From Arcobacteraceae bacterium (GTDB taxonomy: Bacteria > Campylobacterota > Campylobacteria > Campylobacterales > Arcobacteraceae): DNA of 64,000 nt. A program made the translations under genes and the position numbers. Positions 39,970-51,550 of the stretch are shown piece by piece (position 1 is the stretch's first letter; each line of letters begins with the position of its first letter). Location: positions 42,186 through 106,185 of the forward strand of contig JBLWVX010000005.1 in NCBI GenBank assembly GCA_048268245.1. The letters run 5' to 3'. The notes under the pieces are model-generated. The model searched no databases. It saw only the letters and a list, made by a program, of their open reading frames with translations, and was not told where the DNA came from.

Positions 39970-42519
39970 ATGTTTAAATCTATATCCATTAAAGCAAAAC
40001 TACTAATGATTGTAATCACGTCGATTGTTGTAGTTTCTGTTGCAATGATTATTCAATCAATTGTATCATTGCAAGAGACATCTGAAACTGTAATTGAAAA
40101 GTTTAAAGCAGATGCTTACGATTCTAAAGAAAAAGAGTTAGAAAACTATATTTCTTTAGCAATGAAAACTGTTGAATCTTATCATGCAAGAACTTCGAAA
40201 GATAAGGTAAAAGCTGAAGTTCAAAGTTATCTAAAAGAACAAACAGGTTTTATGTTATCAGTTATGGAAGGAACTTACGAAAAGTACAAAGATAAAGTTT
40301 CAGAAGAAGAGTTAAGAGAACTAGTAAAAACAGCAGTTAAATCTACTAGATATGGTAAAACTGGATATTTCTGGATGAATGACTTAGATGCAAATATTGT
40401 TATGCATCCAATTAAACCACAACTTGATGGAAAAGATTTATCTCAATATAAAGATAAAGGTGGAAAGAGAATATTCTTTGAGTTTGCAAAAGTAGCAAAA
40501 CAAAATGGTGAAGGTTTCGTTGATTATGTATGGCCTAAACCAGGATTTGAAAAACCACAAGATAAAGTATCTTTTGTAAAACTATTTAAACCATTTGGTT
40601 GGGTAGTTGGAACTGGTGAATATGTTGATGATGTTACTTCAAGATTACAAGAAGAAGCATATAAAGCAATTGCAGATATGAGATATGGAAAGGATGGAAG
40701 TGGATATTTTTGGATTAATGATTCAAATCATGTTGTAAAAATGCACCCGATTAAACCATCTTTAAATGGTAAAAATATGTATGATTTACAGGACCCAAAT
40801 GGAAAATATCTATATAGAGAAATCGTAAAAATTGCTAATGAAAAAGCAGAAGGTGGATTCTTAGATTATATATGGGAAAAACCTGGATTCTCAAAGCCAC
40901 AACCTAAAATATCTTTTGTTCAAAAGTTTGAAGAGTGGGATTGGATAATAGGAACTGGTGTATATGTAGATGATATTGAAGTAAAAATTGCAGAGATGGA
41001 AGCAAAGACTCAAGAACAGATTTTAGATGTAATTATTAGAAACTGTATTATTATTTTTGTAATTATGATTATTTTAGCATTTGTAATGGCTGTATTATCT
41101 AATAAAGCAATCTTTAAACCTTTACAAGATTTCCAAGATGGCTTATTAAACTTCTTTAAATATATCAATAAAGAGAAAGATGATGTTGATCATTTAGATG
41201 ATAGTGCAGATGATGAAATTGGTAGAATGGCTAAAATTATCAATCAAAATGTTGTTAAAACTAAATCATTAATTGAACAAGATGCAGCACTTATTGAAGA
41301 TGTTACAAGAGTAGTTGCGCATATTAAAGATGGATATTTAGATAGTAGAGTTGAAAAAAATACGCAAACAGAAGCACTACAAATCTTACAAACTCAAATT
41401 AATGAGATGTTAGATAATTTAGAAACAAACATTGGTAGAGATACAAATGTAATTTTAGATGTATTAGCTAAATATGGTCAACTTGACTTTAGAGAAAATA
41501 TTAAAAATGCTAATGGTAAAGTAGAAGTTGCAATCAATGACTTATCTAAAATCATTAACGATATGCTAGCAGAGAATAAACAAAATGGTTTAACTCTTGA
41601 TTCAAGTTCAGATGTATTACTTGAAAATGTTGATAAATTAAATAAAAACTCTACAACAACAGCAACAGCCTTAGAAGAAACAGCAGCAGCTTTAGAAGAA
41701 ATTACTAGCACAATTATTAATAATACAGATAGTATTACTACTATGGCAGCAAATTCTGAAGAGTTATCTCGGTCTATTAAAATTGGACAACAATTAGCAA
41801 CAGGAACTGTTAAATCTATGGATGAAATTAATGACCAAACACAAGATATTGCAGAAGCAATTACAGTTATTGATCAAATTGCATTCCAAACTAATATCCT
41901 TTCATTAAATGCAGCAGTTGAAGCAGCAACAGCTGGTGAAGCAGGTAAAGGATTCGCTGTTGTAGCGCAAGAAGTAAGAAACCTTGCAGCAAGATCTGCA
42001 GAAGCTGCTAAAGAAATTAAAGATATTGTTGAAAAAGCAACTGAAAAAGCAAATGCTGGTAAAGATGGTGCTGATAAAATGATTAAAGGTTATGAATCAT
42101 TAAATGAAAGCATCTTAAAAACTACAGAATTAATTGCTACGATTTCAGAAGCTTCAAAAGAGCAAAGAGCAGGTATTGAGCAAATTAATGATGCTGTAAC
42201 TCAGCTTGATCAGCAAACACAACAAAATGTTATTATTTCAAATACAACTCATAGTATTGCTTCTCAAACTGATGAAATAGCTAAACTTATTGTTCAACAA
42301 GCAGATGAAAAAGAGTTTATTGGAAAAGATAGTATTAAAAGTGAAGCTGTAAAATTAAACGAAAAAAGTTCAGAAGAGATTTTAGCAGAACTTAGAAATC
42401 AAACAAATGCTAAGATTTCATCTAAACCAAAACAAGCACAAACTCACACAGCACCTACATCAAGTGCAAAACAATCATTTACTGACACAAGTAGTGATGA
42501 TGAATGGGAAAGCTTCTAA
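39970..42519 (+). CDS. Methyl-accepting chemotaxis protein with tandem Cache domains
   Basis: Two TMs, repeated GYFW.ND..MHPIKP.L.GK Cache units, [42 protein letters not shown]-terminal EWESF pentapeptide. Confidence 0.96.
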   Translation: MFKSISIKAKLLMIVITSIVVVSVAMIIQSIVSLQETSETVIEKFKADAYDSKEKELENYISLAMKTVESYHARTSKDKVKAEVQSYLKEQTGFMLSVMEGTYEKYKDKVSEEELRELVKTAVKSTRYGKTGYFWMNDLDANIVMHPIKPQLDGKDLSQYKDKGGKRIFFEFAKVAKQNGEGFVDYVWPKPGFEKPQDKVSFVKLFKPFGWVVGTGEYVDDVTSRLQEEAYKAIADMRYGKDGSGYFWINDSNHVVKMHPIKPSLNGKNMYDLQDPNGKYLYREIVKIANEKAEGGFLDYIWEKPGFSKPQPKISFVQKFEEWDWIIGTGVYVDDIEVKIAEMEAKTQEQILDVIIRNCIIIFVIMIILAFVMAVLSNKAIFKPLQDFQDGLLNFFKYINKEKDDVDHLDDSADDEIGRMAKIINQNVVKTKSLIEQDAALIEDVTRVVAHIKDGYLDSRVEKNTQTEALQILQTQINEMLDNLETNIGRDTNVILDVLAKYGQLDFRENIKNANGKVEVAINDLSKIINDMLAENKQNGLTLDSSSDVLLENVDKLNKNSTTTATALEETAAALEEITSTIINNTDSITTMAANSEELSRSIKIGQQLATGTVKSMDEINDQTQDIAEAITVIDQIAFQTNILSLNAAVEAATAGEAGKGFAVVAQEVRNLAARSAEAAKEIKDIVEKATEKANAGKDGADKMIKGYESLNESILKTTELIATISEASKEQRAGIEQINDAVTQLDQQTQQNVIISNTTHSIASQTDEIAKLIVQQADEKEFIGKDSIKSEAVKLNEKSSEEILAELRNQTNAKISSKPKQAQTHTAPTSSAKQSFTDTSSDDEWESF

Positions 42520-42538
42520 AAGAAGCTTTTCTCTCATC

Positions 42539-43201
42539 TCATTTAATTAATTTATATCCTACACCTCTTAAATTTATAATCATTCCACTTTTTAGTTTTT
42601 GTTTCAATTTATGAATAATACTTCTCATACTTACAGTTTGCATTTCTTTTGAACTCCATACATACTCATGAATCATTTCATTTGTTACTGTTTTATTTAT
42701 ATTTTTAGAAAAGAGTGTAAGAAGAAGTTTCTCTTTTACTGTTAAGTCTATTTCATGTTTATGTTTATAAAGCCTTTGCTCTATTAAATCAAAAGAGAAG
42801 TTGTTTCCTAAATCTTTTTGTAATTCACTGTTTTTTTCTAAGTTTAAGTGGGATAAATGGTACTCAATTCTAAGATAAAGTTCCTCAAAATCAAAAGGTT
42901 TTTTTATATAATCATTACAACCAAGATTGTATGATTTTTTGATATTTTCAATATCAATTTTAGCACTAATCATAATAACAGGGGTATTAATATCTTTTTG
43001 TCTAATAAATTCTAAGGTTTTATGTCCATCAAAACCTAAAACATTTACATCTAAGATATATAAATCATAACTATCATTTAGTATTTTATCAATAGCTTTG
43101 TATCCATCAATAAAACTATCAATAAAAAAGCCTTTTTTTTCTAAAGATATTTTTATAATTTTATTTAAATTATGATCATCTTCAAGTAATAATATTTTCA
43201 T
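42539..43201 (-). CDS. OmpR/PhoB family response regulator
   Basis: LLLEDD, ILDVN, DYIKKPF receiver; winged helix ending INLRGVGYKL. Confidence 0.93.
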   Translation of the reverse strand: MKILLLEDDHNLNKIIKISLEKKGFFIDSFIDGYKAIDKILNDSYDLYILDVNVLGFDGHKTLEFIRQKDINTPVIMISAKIDIENIKKSYNLGCNDYIKKPFDFEELYLRIEYHLSHLNLEKNSELQKDLGNNFSFDLIEQRLYKHKHEIDLTVKEKLLLTLFSKNINKTVTNEMIHEYVWSSKEMQTVSMRSIIHKLKQKLKSGMIINLRGVGYKLIK

Positions 43202-44253
43202 TAAACTTCCTTAGTTTTATTTGTTGGAAAAATATATGAGAAGCTAGTTTGTTGTTTATTAGATTCTATATTTATTTTTATATCATTACTTTGACAAATC
43301 TCTTTTACAATACTAAGACCTAAACCTAAGCCAATGTTTTTATCTTTTTGTTGATAATAAGCTTCAAAAATAGAATCTTTATTTTTAATAATAATTCCTT
43401 TATTTCTTACCTCTATTATTCCTTGATTTTTATAATCTAAAATAATTTCAATATCCTCTTTTTCAAAAGAGTATTTTATTGCATTAGATATTGTATTATC
43501 TATTACTCTTTCAAGTTCATAACTATCCATATAAAGCTCAAACTCTTTATAAATTTCTAAATGAATATGTATATCTTTTACTTTTGCAATCTCATCAAAA
43601 AATTGAATTCTTGAAGATAAAAAGGAAACTATATCTATTTTTTCACAAGTTGTTTCTCTTACTTGTTTTTTTGTTAAAAAATATAAATCATTATAGATTG
43701 AAGAGAGTGATTTTGATGAAGCTTTTATAACTTCAAGTTGCTCTTTTTGTCCTATTTGCTCTTCTAAATTATCCACATTTAAAGAGATCACACTTAAAGG
43801 TGTGTTTATTTCATGAATTATTTTTTTTAAGAAAAAGTCTTGTTGATTTAGTAGTTTTGAGATTGTTTGTTTGCTTTCATAAATTTGAAGTTGGGTCTTT
43901 ATTCTAGCTTTTACTTCTTCTTGCTCAAAGGGTTTTGTAATATAATCAACTCCACCTTGTTCAAAAGCTTTAACTTTAATAGATATATCATCTAATGCAC
44001 TAATAAAAATTATGGGGATATCTTTAATCTTTTCATTTTGTTTTACCATTTTACACACTTCAAACCCATCAATATCTGGCATTTTTATATCAAGTAGTAT
44101 TAGATTTGGCGGGTTTTCTTTTGCTGAGTTTATAGCAAACAGTGCATCAGGTGTAGCTTTTAATTCATAAGGTTCCTCTTTTAAAATTTCTTTTAGGTAT
44201 TTTAGGTTTTCGATTTTATCATCTATTATAAGTACTGTATATTTTTTATTCAT
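43201..44253 (-). CDS. Cytoplasmic receiver-histidine kinase hybrid (REC-HisKA-HATPase)
   Basis: LIIDD, LLDIKMP, DYITKPF; IHEINTPL; NAIKYS; GLGLGL; start at ATG 44253. Confidence 0.9.
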   Translation of the reverse strand: MNKKYTVLIIDDKIENLKYLKEILKEEPYELKATPDALFAINSAKENPPNLILLDIKMPDIDGFEVCKMVKQNEKIKDIPIIFISALDDISIKVKAFEQGGVDYITKPFEQEEVKARIKTQLQIYESKQTISKLLNQQDFFLKKIIHEINTPLSVISLNVDNLEEQIGQKEQLEVIKASSKSLSSIYNDLYFLTKKQVRETTCEKIDIVSFLSSRIQFFDEIAKVKDIHIHLEIYKEFELYMDSYELERVIDNTISNAIKYSFEKEDIEIILDYKNQGIIEVRNKGIIIKNKDSIFEAYYQQKDKNIGLGLGLSIVKEICQSNDIKINIESNKQQTSFSYIFPTNKTKEV

Positions 44254-44328
44254 TATGTTTACTCTTTTTTCTTTTGCTATTGTTACAATTATAAGCAAAT
44301 AGATATAAAGATAGATTTAGGATTTTAG

Positions 44329-46617
44329 GTGAAATTGAAGAAACTTTTTATGTTGCTGTTTATTTTTAATACAGTTGCTTTTATAAGTATGGCAATTGTG
44401 ATTAATAAATATCAAAAAGCAACTATTGATTTAGAAGATGCATATGAAATGCAATATAAGTCACTTATTTTAGCCCATGAATTAAGACAAAGTAGTGATG
44501 ATTTAACTAGAATGGCTAGAACTTATGTAATTACAGGTAATCCTATGTTTGAACAGCAGTATAAAACTGTTTTAGATATTAGAAATGGATTAAAGCCTAG
44601 ACCTAAAAGATACAATGGTATTTTTTGGGATTTTCTTACAATTGATGGAAGTAAAGCTAAATTAGATGGCAAAAAAATACCTTTACGTGAATTAATGAAA
44701 GAGGTAAACTTTCCAGATGAAGAGCTGAACTTACTTTTTACTTCACAAAATGAATCAGATGAATTAACAAGACTAGAGCATAAAGCAATGAATGCAGTTA
44801 AAGGTATTTTTGAAGATAAAAATGGAAACTATACTATAAAAACAGAACCTAACTTTAAATTAGCTAGACAAATTATGCACTCAAAGCAGTATCATGAAGC
44901 AAAGATACGAATAATGAAGCCTTTAGATACCTTCTATAAAGCTTTTGAAAAAAGAACAAAACAAAAAGTTATTGAAGCAGCAAGTATAGTAAAACAACAA
45001 GAGTTAAATGTAAATGTAATTGTAGTTTTATCTATTCTTATATTTTTAACTTCCTTTTTTATTATTCTTTTTAGAATAGTATATCCACTTGATTTACTTA
45101 GAAAAATAATGTTAAGACTATCAAAAAATGATATGAGTGTAGAGTTAGAGAAAAATAAATATGAAGATGAAATAGGTGATATGATAGGTGCTGTTGAGAT
45201 TTTTAAAGATAATACAACAAAGCTTATAAGTAGTGAGTCAAAATTAAGAGTTGCTATTAGTGAAGCAAAAAGTGCAAATAAGGCAAAATCAATATTTCTA
45301 GCTAGAATGAGTCATGAATTAAGGACACCTTTAAACGCAATATTAGGTTTTTCAAGTCTCCTTCAAAAATCAAAAAATATAAATAAGGATGAGTTAGAAA
45401 ATCTAAGTATTATTCATAAAAGTGGTAAGCATCTTTTAAATATCATAAATGAAATATTAGAACTTTCAAAAATTGAAGCAGGAAAAATTGAAATACGACC
45501 AACAAACTTTGATTTTTATGAACTAATAAAAGAAATAGATTCAATTTTTAGCTTTAGATGTAAGGCTAAAACTATTGAGTTTAATATAAATCATTTATCA
45601 ACTCTTCCAAAGTATATAAAAGCTGATGAACAAAGGTTGAAACAAATACTTATAAATTTACTTGGAAATTCATTAAAGTTTACAGAAAAAAAAGGCTCTA
45701 TTTTAGTGAATATCTATGAAAAAAATAAAAAGCTTTTCTTTGAAGTCAAAGATAGTGGTAAAGGTATAAAAAAAGAGGACTTGGAAAAAATATTTAAACC
45801 CTTTGAACAAGTAAGTGATGAAGAGTTTAAGCAAAAAGGTACAGGACTTGGTTTATCTATTACTAAAGAGTTAGTAAGTTTAATGGGTGGAGATATTTAT
45901 GTAAAGAGTCAAGCAAATATTGGAAGTGAATTTTACTTTAGTATAAATTATGAAGAGAGTTTTGAAGAGAAATCAAAATCAAAGAGTTTACAGCTTTTCT
46001 CGAACCAAGAGATAAAAGGTGAAAACAAAACTATTTTGGTTGTTGATGATATAAAAATAAATAGAGATTTGATTTGTAAGATATTGCAAGAGTATGATTT
46101 TAAAACTTACGAAGCAAATAGTGGGAAAGAAGCTTTAGAGTTAATCTCAAAATATGATATAGATTTAATTTGTATGGATATTTTGATGAAAGATTTAAAT
46201 GGCTTAGAAACTATGAAAATACTAAGAAAAGATTTAAATAAAAAAATGCCTATTATTGCAATATCTGCAAACGTGTATGAAGAAGATATATCTAAAGCCT
46301 TAGCTTGTGGAGCAAATGACTTTATATGTAAACCAATAGATGAAAATGAACTAATCTCTAAAATCTCTAAATATCTAGCTTTAAAGACACAAACTAGTGA
46401 CTTATCAAATGAAAATATAGAAGATAGCTTTAGTTCTCAAAGTAGTACTTTTTTTGAATTACTAAAAAAACACAGTTTAGATATGAATGAAGATAAGATA
46501 CTTGAACTTCTTGAAACATATAAACTCTCAAAAAATCAAAAGGCTTATATAAAAGCACTACTTGATGATTTTAATTACACTAAAATAAATGAACTATGTA
46601 TAAAATATATACACTAG
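44329..46617 (+). CDS. Membrane hybrid sensor histidine kinase (periplasmic sensor-HAMP-HisKA-HATPase-REC)
   Basis: Two TMs; FLARMSHELRTPLNAILGF; GTGLGLSI; ILVVDD...MDILM...KP receiver. Confidence 0.93.
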   Translation: MKLKKLFMLLFIFNTVAFISMAIVINKYQKATIDLEDAYEMQYKSLILAHELRQSSDDLTRMARTYVITGNPMFEQQYKTVLDIRNGLKPRPKRYNGIFWDFLTIDGSKAKLDGKKIPLRELMKEVNFPDEELNLLFTSQNESDELTRLEHKAMNAVKGIFEDKNGNYTIKTEPNFKLARQIMHSKQYHEAKIRIMKPLDTFYKAFEKRTKQKVIEAASIVKQQELNVNVIVVLSILIFLTSFFIILFRIVYPLDLLRKIMLRLSKNDMSVELEKNKYEDEIGDMIGAVEIFKDNTTKLISSESKLRVAISEAKSANKAKSIFLARMSHELRTPLNAILGFSSLLQKSKNINKDELENLSIIHKSGKHLLNIINEILELSKIEAGKIEIRPTNFDFYELIKEIDSIFSFRCKAKTIEFNINHLSTLPKYIKADEQRLKQILINLLGNSLKFTEKKGSILVNIYEKNKKLFFEVKDSGKGIKKEDLEKIFKPFEQVSDEEFKQKGTGLGLSITKELVSLMGGDIYVKSQANIGSEFYFSINYEESFEEKSKSKSLQLFSNQEIKGENKTILVVDDIKINRDLICKILQEYDFKTYEANSGKEALELISKYDIDLICMDILMKDLNGLETMKILRKDLNKKMPIIAISANVYEEDISKALACGANDFICKPIDENELISKISKYLALKTQTSDLSNENIEDSFSSQSSTFFELLKKHSLDMNEDKILELLETYKLSKNQKAYIKALLDDFNYTKINELCIKYIH

Positions 46618-46636
46618 GTCTTTGTTTAGAACTTAA

Positions 46637-46671
46637 AAAACAACACTAAAACAACACTTCTTTTTTATACT
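46637..46671 (+). promoter_or_regulatory. Perfect 11-bp tandem repeat (OmpR-type box) and -10 element of the urtA promoter
   Basis: AAAACAACACT x2 at 46637-46658, TATACT at 46666-46671. Confidence 0.6.
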
Positions 46672-46714
46672 TCTTTTTAGAAGTCAAGATGACTTGAATT
46701 AAAAAGGAGAATTC

Positions 46715-47992
46715 ATGAAGAAAAGATTTGCAAAAGCCTTAGCTGCTTCGGCGTTGGTTAGTATGAGTTTAATGGCACAAGCTACTGATACAATTAAAGT
46801 TGGTGTTTTACACTCTTTATCAGGAACTATGGCTATTAGTGAAACAACACTTAAAGATACAGTTTTAATGCTAATAGAAGAGCAAAATAAAAAAGGTGGA
46901 CTATTAGGTAAAAAATTAGAGCCTGTAGTTGTTGACCCTGCATCAAACTGGCCTTTATTTGCAGAAAAAATGAGAGGTTTATTAACTAAAGATAAGGTAG
47001 ATGTTACTTTTGGATGTTGGACATCAGTATCTAGAAAATCTGTTTTACCTGTGGTTGAAGAGTTAAATGGTTTACTATTCTATCCTGTTCAATATGAAGG
47101 GGAAGAGTCTTCTAAAAATGTATTTTATACAGGAGCTGCACCAAACCAGCAAGCAATTCCAGCAGTTGATTACTTAATGAATGAAGTTGGTGTTAAAAGA
47201 TGGGTTTTAGCAGGAACTGACTATGTATATCCAAGAACTACAAACAAAATTTTAGAAGCTTATTTAAAATCAAAAGGTGTTGCTGCATCAGATATTATGG
47301 TTAATTATACACCTTTTGGTCACTCTGATTGGCAAAGTATTGTAAGTGATGTTAAGAAATTTGGTAGTGCTGGAAAGAAAACAGCTGTTGTATCTACAAT
47401 CAATGGTGATGCAAATGTACCATTTTATAAAGAGTTAGGAAATCAAGGTATTACATCTGAGAATATTCCAGTTGTTGCTTTCTCTGTTGGGGAAGAAGAG
47501 TTATCAGGAATTGATACTAAGCCTTTAGTTGGTCACTTAGCTGCATGGAATTACTTCCAAAGTGCCCAGACTCAAGTAAATGATGAGTTTATTGCTAAGT
47601 GGAAGAAGTTTATCAAAAATGATAAAAGAGTTACAAATGACCCAATGGAAGCAACTTATATTGGATTTAATATGTGGGTAAAAGCAGTACAAAAAGCTGG
47701 AACTACTGATGTTGATAAAGTAAGTGATGCGATGATTGGAATTGAAGTACCAAATCTTACAGGTGGAACTGCAAAAATGCTTAAAAATCACCACTTAACA
47801 AAACCTGTTTTAATTGGTGAAATTCAAGAAAATGGTCAGTTTGAAACTGTATGGGAAACTGACGGTGAAGTTGCAGGTGATGCTTGGTCTGACTTTTTAC
47901 CAGGAAGTAAAGATTTAGTTTCTGATTGGACTAAACCTATCAATTGTGGAAACTACAACACAAAAACTAAAAAATGTATAGGTGCAAATTAA
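46715..47992 (+). CDS. urtA: Urea ABC transporter substrate-binding protein
   Basis: IKVGVLHSLSGTMAISE, FGCWTSVSRK, FYPVQYEGEE, GAAPNQQ, GTDYVYPRT. Confidence 0.95.
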   Translation: MKKRFAKALAASALVSMSLMAQATDTIKVGVLHSLSGTMAISETTLKDTVLMLIEEQNKKGGLLGKKLEPVVVDPASNWPLFAEKMRGLLTKDKVDVTFGCWTSVSRKSVLPVVEELNGLLFYPVQYEGEESSKNVFYTGAAPNQQAIPAVDYLMNEVGVKRWVLAGTDYVYPRTTNKILEAYLKSKGVAASDIMVNYTPFGHSDWQSIVSDVKKFGSAGKKTAVVSTINGDANVPFYKELGNQGITSENIPVVAFSVGEEELSGIDTKPLVGHLAAWNYFQSAQTQVNDEFIAKWKKFIKNDKRVTNDPMEATYIGFNMWVKAVQKAGTTDVDKVSDAMIGIEVPNLTGGTAKMLKNHHLTKPVLIGEIQENGQFETVWETDGEVAGDAWSDFLPGSKDLVSDWTKPINCGNYNTKTKKCIGAN

Positions 47993-47997
47993 TAAAG

Positions 47998-48024
47998 GTA
48001 TGGAAGATTTTCTTCCGTACTTTT
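47998..48024 (+). terminator. Hairpin after urtA (partial terminator or mRNA stabiliser)
   Basis: GTATGGAAGA-TTT-TCTTCCGTAC followed by TTTT. Confidence 0.6.
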
Positions 48025-48040
48025 ATAAAGAAAGGTTAAT

Positions 48041-49639
48041 ATGAATATTTTAAAAATAATATTACTTAATTTATTGCTAGTAGGTTTTACTTATGCAAAT
48101 ACTTTAAAAGAAGATGTAAACTCCTTGATGTCAAAAAGTTTTAAAAAGAAAGAAAAAGCTATTGAAGCTTTATCTGCTAAATATTCACAAGATAATAATT
48201 TAGAGTTTCTTCTTCAAAGAATGTTAGAGGGAAAACTTTACTATATAAAAAAAGATAAAACTTTTGTTTTCTTAAAAGAGAAAATAAAAAATGAATATCT
48301 AACTGTTGAGGTTTTCTCAAAAAAAACTTTAGAAAAGAAATCAAAGTATGATTTAAAAAAAATAAAAATAAACAATAAATTAAGAAGTGTTATCAAAGAA
48401 TCACTTGCAAAGTTAAATCTTTTCTCTAAAAACAAAGAAAAAAGACTTAATTCAGCAAAAAATCTACTTGAAAATTTAGATATAAAAAGTCAAGCTTTAG
48501 TTTTAGAAGCTTTAGATAAAGAAAAAGATAGTGATATAAAAGAGGTTTTAGAAGAGATAAAAACAAATCTTGATGCAAAGTATGCTTCTTCTTTAGAACA
48601 GAAAATTCAAGCTACAAAAAAATTAGGTGAGTATTTGTCTTCTAAATCACTTCAAACATTAAAAGAAATAGAAACTAGCAGTGAAGATAAAGTTTTAGTT
48701 CAAACTGCACAAAAATCAATAAAAAGTATTGAATCAAGTAAATCTTTTTACTCTTTTATTGAAACTGCATTTTTTGGTTTAAGTATGGGATCTGTTTTAC
48801 TTTTAGCTGCTATTGGTTTAGCGATTACTTTTGGTGTTATGAAAGTTATCAATATGGCTCATGGAGAGCTTATTATGATAGGAGCATACACAACTTATAC
48901 TATTCAGCAAATTATGCCAGGGCTTATTGAATATTCAGTTCTTATTGCTATTCCAGTTGCCTTTATTGTAAGTGGTATTGTTGGGATTCTAATTGAAAGA
49001 TTGGTTATTAGACATCTTTATGGAAGACCTCTTGAAACACTTTTAGCAACTTTTGGGGTTAGTTTAATTTTACAACAATTAGTTAGAACTATTTACTCTC
49101 CTTTAAATCAAGAAGTAAAAACACCATCTTGGATGAGTGGAGCTTGGGAAGTAAATAGTACGCTGTTTTTAACATACAACAGACTTTATATCATCATATT
49201 TGCCTTTGCTGTATTTTTAGCAATTTTATTTGTGATGAAAAAAACTTCACTTGGATTGAAAGTTAGAGCTGTTTCTCAAAACAGACCAATAGCAAGAGCT
49301 ATGGGGATAAAATCAAACTATATTGATGCCTTAACATTTGGTATTGGTTCTGGCATTGCAGGTGTTGCAGGTGTTGCTTTATCGCAACTTACAAATGTAG
49401 GACCAAATTTAGGTCAAGCTTATATAGTTGATAGTTTTATGGTAGTTGTATTTGGTGGAGTTGGTAACTTATGGGGTACATTTATAGCCGCCCTTACACT
49501 AGGTGAGATAAACAAATTTATAGAACCAATCTCAGGAGCAGTTCTTGCTAAGGTTATTATTCTAGTGTTTATTATCTTATTTATACAAAAAAAGCCTAGA
49601 GGATTATTTCCTCAAAAGGGCAGAGATGTTGAGGATTAA
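48041..49639 (+). CDS. urtB: Urea ABC transporter permease with long periplasmic N-terminus
   Basis: LAAIGLAITFGVMKVINMAHGE, LYGRPLETLLATFG. Confidence 0.94.
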   Translation: MNILKIILLNLLLVGFTYANTLKEDVNSLMSKSFKKKEKAIEALSAKYSQDNNLEFLLQRMLEGKLYYIKKDKTFVFLKEKIKNEYLTVEVFSKKTLEKKSKYDLKKIKINNKLRSVIKESLAKLNLFSKNKEKRLNSAKNLLENLDIKSQALVLEALDKEKDSDIKEVLEEIKTNLDAKYASSLEQKIQATKKLGEYLSSKSLQTLKEIETSSEDKVLVQTAQKSIKSIESSKSFYSFIETAFFGLSMGSVLLLAAIGLAITFGVMKVINMAHGELIMIGAYTTYTIQQIMPGLIEYSVLIAIPVAFIVSGIVGILIERLVIRHLYGRPLETLLATFGVSLILQQLVRTIYSPLNQEVKTPSWMSGAWEVNSTLFLTYNRLYIIIFAFAVFLAILFVMKKTSLGLKVRAVSQNRPIARAMGIKSNYIDALTFGIGSGIAGVAGVALSQLTNVGPNLGQAYIVDSFMVVVFGGVGNLWGTFIAALTLGEINKFIEPISGAVLAKVIILVFIILFIQKKPRGLFPQKGRDVED

Positions 49640-49643
49640 TTAG

Positions 49644-50753
49644 ATGGAAAGAAAAGCATTAATATTAAAAATATTAGAAAATGACAAAGGAGGAAAGATA
49701 GTTCTTTCTTCTTTAGCTGTAGTAGTTTTTGTAGTTGCTTTTTGTAATTTATTTGTTCCAAGTGATTCAATATTTTACATCTCGACTTTTACAGTAACTA
49801 TTTTAGGAAAGTATTTAGCTTTTGCATTATTGGCATTGGCTTTAGATTTGGTTTGGGGATATTTAGGAGTATTAAGTCTTGGTCATGGAGCATTTTTTGC
49901 CCTTGGTGGTTATGCTTGGGCTATGTATCTTATGAGACAAATAGGTGATAGAGGTGTTTATGGAAATCCTGATTTACCTGATTTTATGGTTTTTATGAAC
50001 TTAAAAGAGTTGCCTTGGTTTTGGCAAGGTTTTGATAATCCACTATTTACTTTTTTAATGGTGATGTTAATTCCAGGTATCTTAGCTTTTGTATTTGGAT
50101 ACTTGGCTTTTAAAAGTAGGGTTACAGGAGTTTATTTATCAATCATAACTCAAGCTTTAACTTATGCTTTAATGCTAGCATTTTTTAGAAATGATATGGG
50201 ATTTGGTGGAAACAATGGACTTACAGACTTTAAAGATATTTTAGGTTTTGATTTATCAAGTGATACAACAAGAGTTGCACTTTTAATTATCACTTTTTTA
50301 GCTTTAGTTATGGGATATTTAGTATGTAGATTTATTATAAATTCAAGACTAGGAAGAGTTGTTATATCAATCAGAGATGCTGAAAGTAGAGTTAGATTTC
50401 TAGGATATAAAGTTGAACAATATAAACTTTTTATATTTGTAGTGTCAGCTGTTTTAGCTGCAATTGCAGGAGCTTTATATGTACCTCAAGTTGGAATTAT
50501 AAACCCAGGTGTATTTTCACCTTTATTTTCTATTGAACTTGTGATTTGGGTTGCTATTGGTGGAAGAGGTACTTTATATGGAGCAATTATTGGAGCTATT
50601 GTTGTAAGTTTCGCAAGTACATACTTTACATCAGCTCTTCCAGAGGTTTGGTTATATGCTTTAGGTGCTTTATTTGTAATTGTAACTTTATATTTACCAA
50701 AGGGAGTTGTGGGAGTATTTGCACAACTTAGCTCAAAACTAAAAAAGGCTTAA
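49644..50753 (+). CDS. urtC: Urea ABC transporter permease
   Basis: LDLVWGYLGVLSLGHGAFFALGGY, GVYLSIITQAL, IRDAESRVRFLGY. Confidence 0.94.
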   Translation: MERKALILKILENDKGGKIVLSSLAVVVFVVAFCNLFVPSDSIFYISTFTVTILGKYLAFALLALALDLVWGYLGVLSLGHGAFFALGGYAWAMYLMRQIGDRGVYGNPDLPDFMVFMNLKELPWFWQGFDNPLFTFLMVMLIPGILAFVFGYLAFKSRVTGVYLSIITQALTYALMLAFFRNDMGFGGNNGLTDFKDILGFDLSSDTTRVALLIITFLALVMGYLVCRFIINSRLGRVVISIRDAESRVRFLGYKVEQYKLFIFVVSAVLAAIAGALYVPQVGIINPGVFSPLFSIELVIWVAIGGRGTLYGAIIGAIVVSFASTYFTSALPEVWLYALGALFVIVTLYLPKGVVGVFAQLSSKLKKA

Positions 50754-50754
50754 A

Positions 50755-51543
50755 ATGAAACTATTAAAACATGAAAATGAACAAAATGTAGGTGATTTAA
50801 AAAAAGGAGATAGAATCCTTTTAGTTGATGGTGTAAGTGTTAGTTTTGATGGATTTAAGGCTTTAAATAATCTAAGTTTTTCCATAAATTATGGTGAGCT
50901 TAGATGTATTATTGGTGCAAATGGTGCTGGAAAATCAACTATGATGGATGTAGTAACAGGAAAAACAAGACCAGATGAGGGTCATGTTGTTTTTGGTGAA
51001 GCTGTTGATTTACTAGGCCTTGATGAGCCAACTATTGCTCAAATAGGAATAGGTAGAAAGTTTCAAAAGCCAACTGTTTTTCAAAACAATACAGTTTTTG
51101 AGAATCTAGAACTTGCTATGAAAGAAGATAAAAGGTTTTTTAAAACTCTATTTTCAAAATTAAGTGGTGAGCAAAAAGATAAAATTGATGAGACTTTAGG
51201 ACTTATTGGACTTAAAGATTTAGTTCATAAGCAAGCAGGTATTTTATCCCATGGACAAAAACAATGGTTAGAGATAGGAATGTTAATCATGCAAGAACCA
51301 AAACTTCTCCTTGTAGATGAACCAGTTGCAGGAATGACTCCTCAAGAAGTGGAAAATACAGCCCAGATTCTAACAAATCTAGCAAAAGATAATGCAGTTG
51401 TTGTAGTTGAGCATGATATGGAGTTTATTAGAAGTATTGCTAAAAAAGTTACAGTTTTACATGAAGGTTCTGTTTTAGCTGAGGGAAGTATGGATGCTAT
51501 AAAGAACAATGAGAAAGTAAGACAAGTATATTTAGGAGAGTAA
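50755..51543 (+). CDS. urtD: Urea ABC transporter ATP-binding protein
   Basis: VSFDGFKAL, GANGAGKST, IGRKFQKP, LSHGQKQWLEIG. Confidence 0.94.
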   Translation: MKLLKHENEQNVGDLKKGDRILLVDGVSVSFDGFKALNNLSFSINYGELRCIIGANGAGKSTMMDVVTGKTRPDEGHVVFGEAVDLLGLDEPTIAQIGIGRKFQKPTVFQNNTVFENLELAMKEDKRFFKTLFSKLSGEQKDKIDETLGLIGLKDLVHKQAGILSHGQKQWLEIGMLIMQEPKLLLVDEPVAGMTPQEVENTAQILTNLAKDNAVVVVEHDMEFIRSIAKKVTVLHEGSVLAEGSMDAIKNNEKVRQVYLGE

Positions 51544-51550
51544 AAACAAT

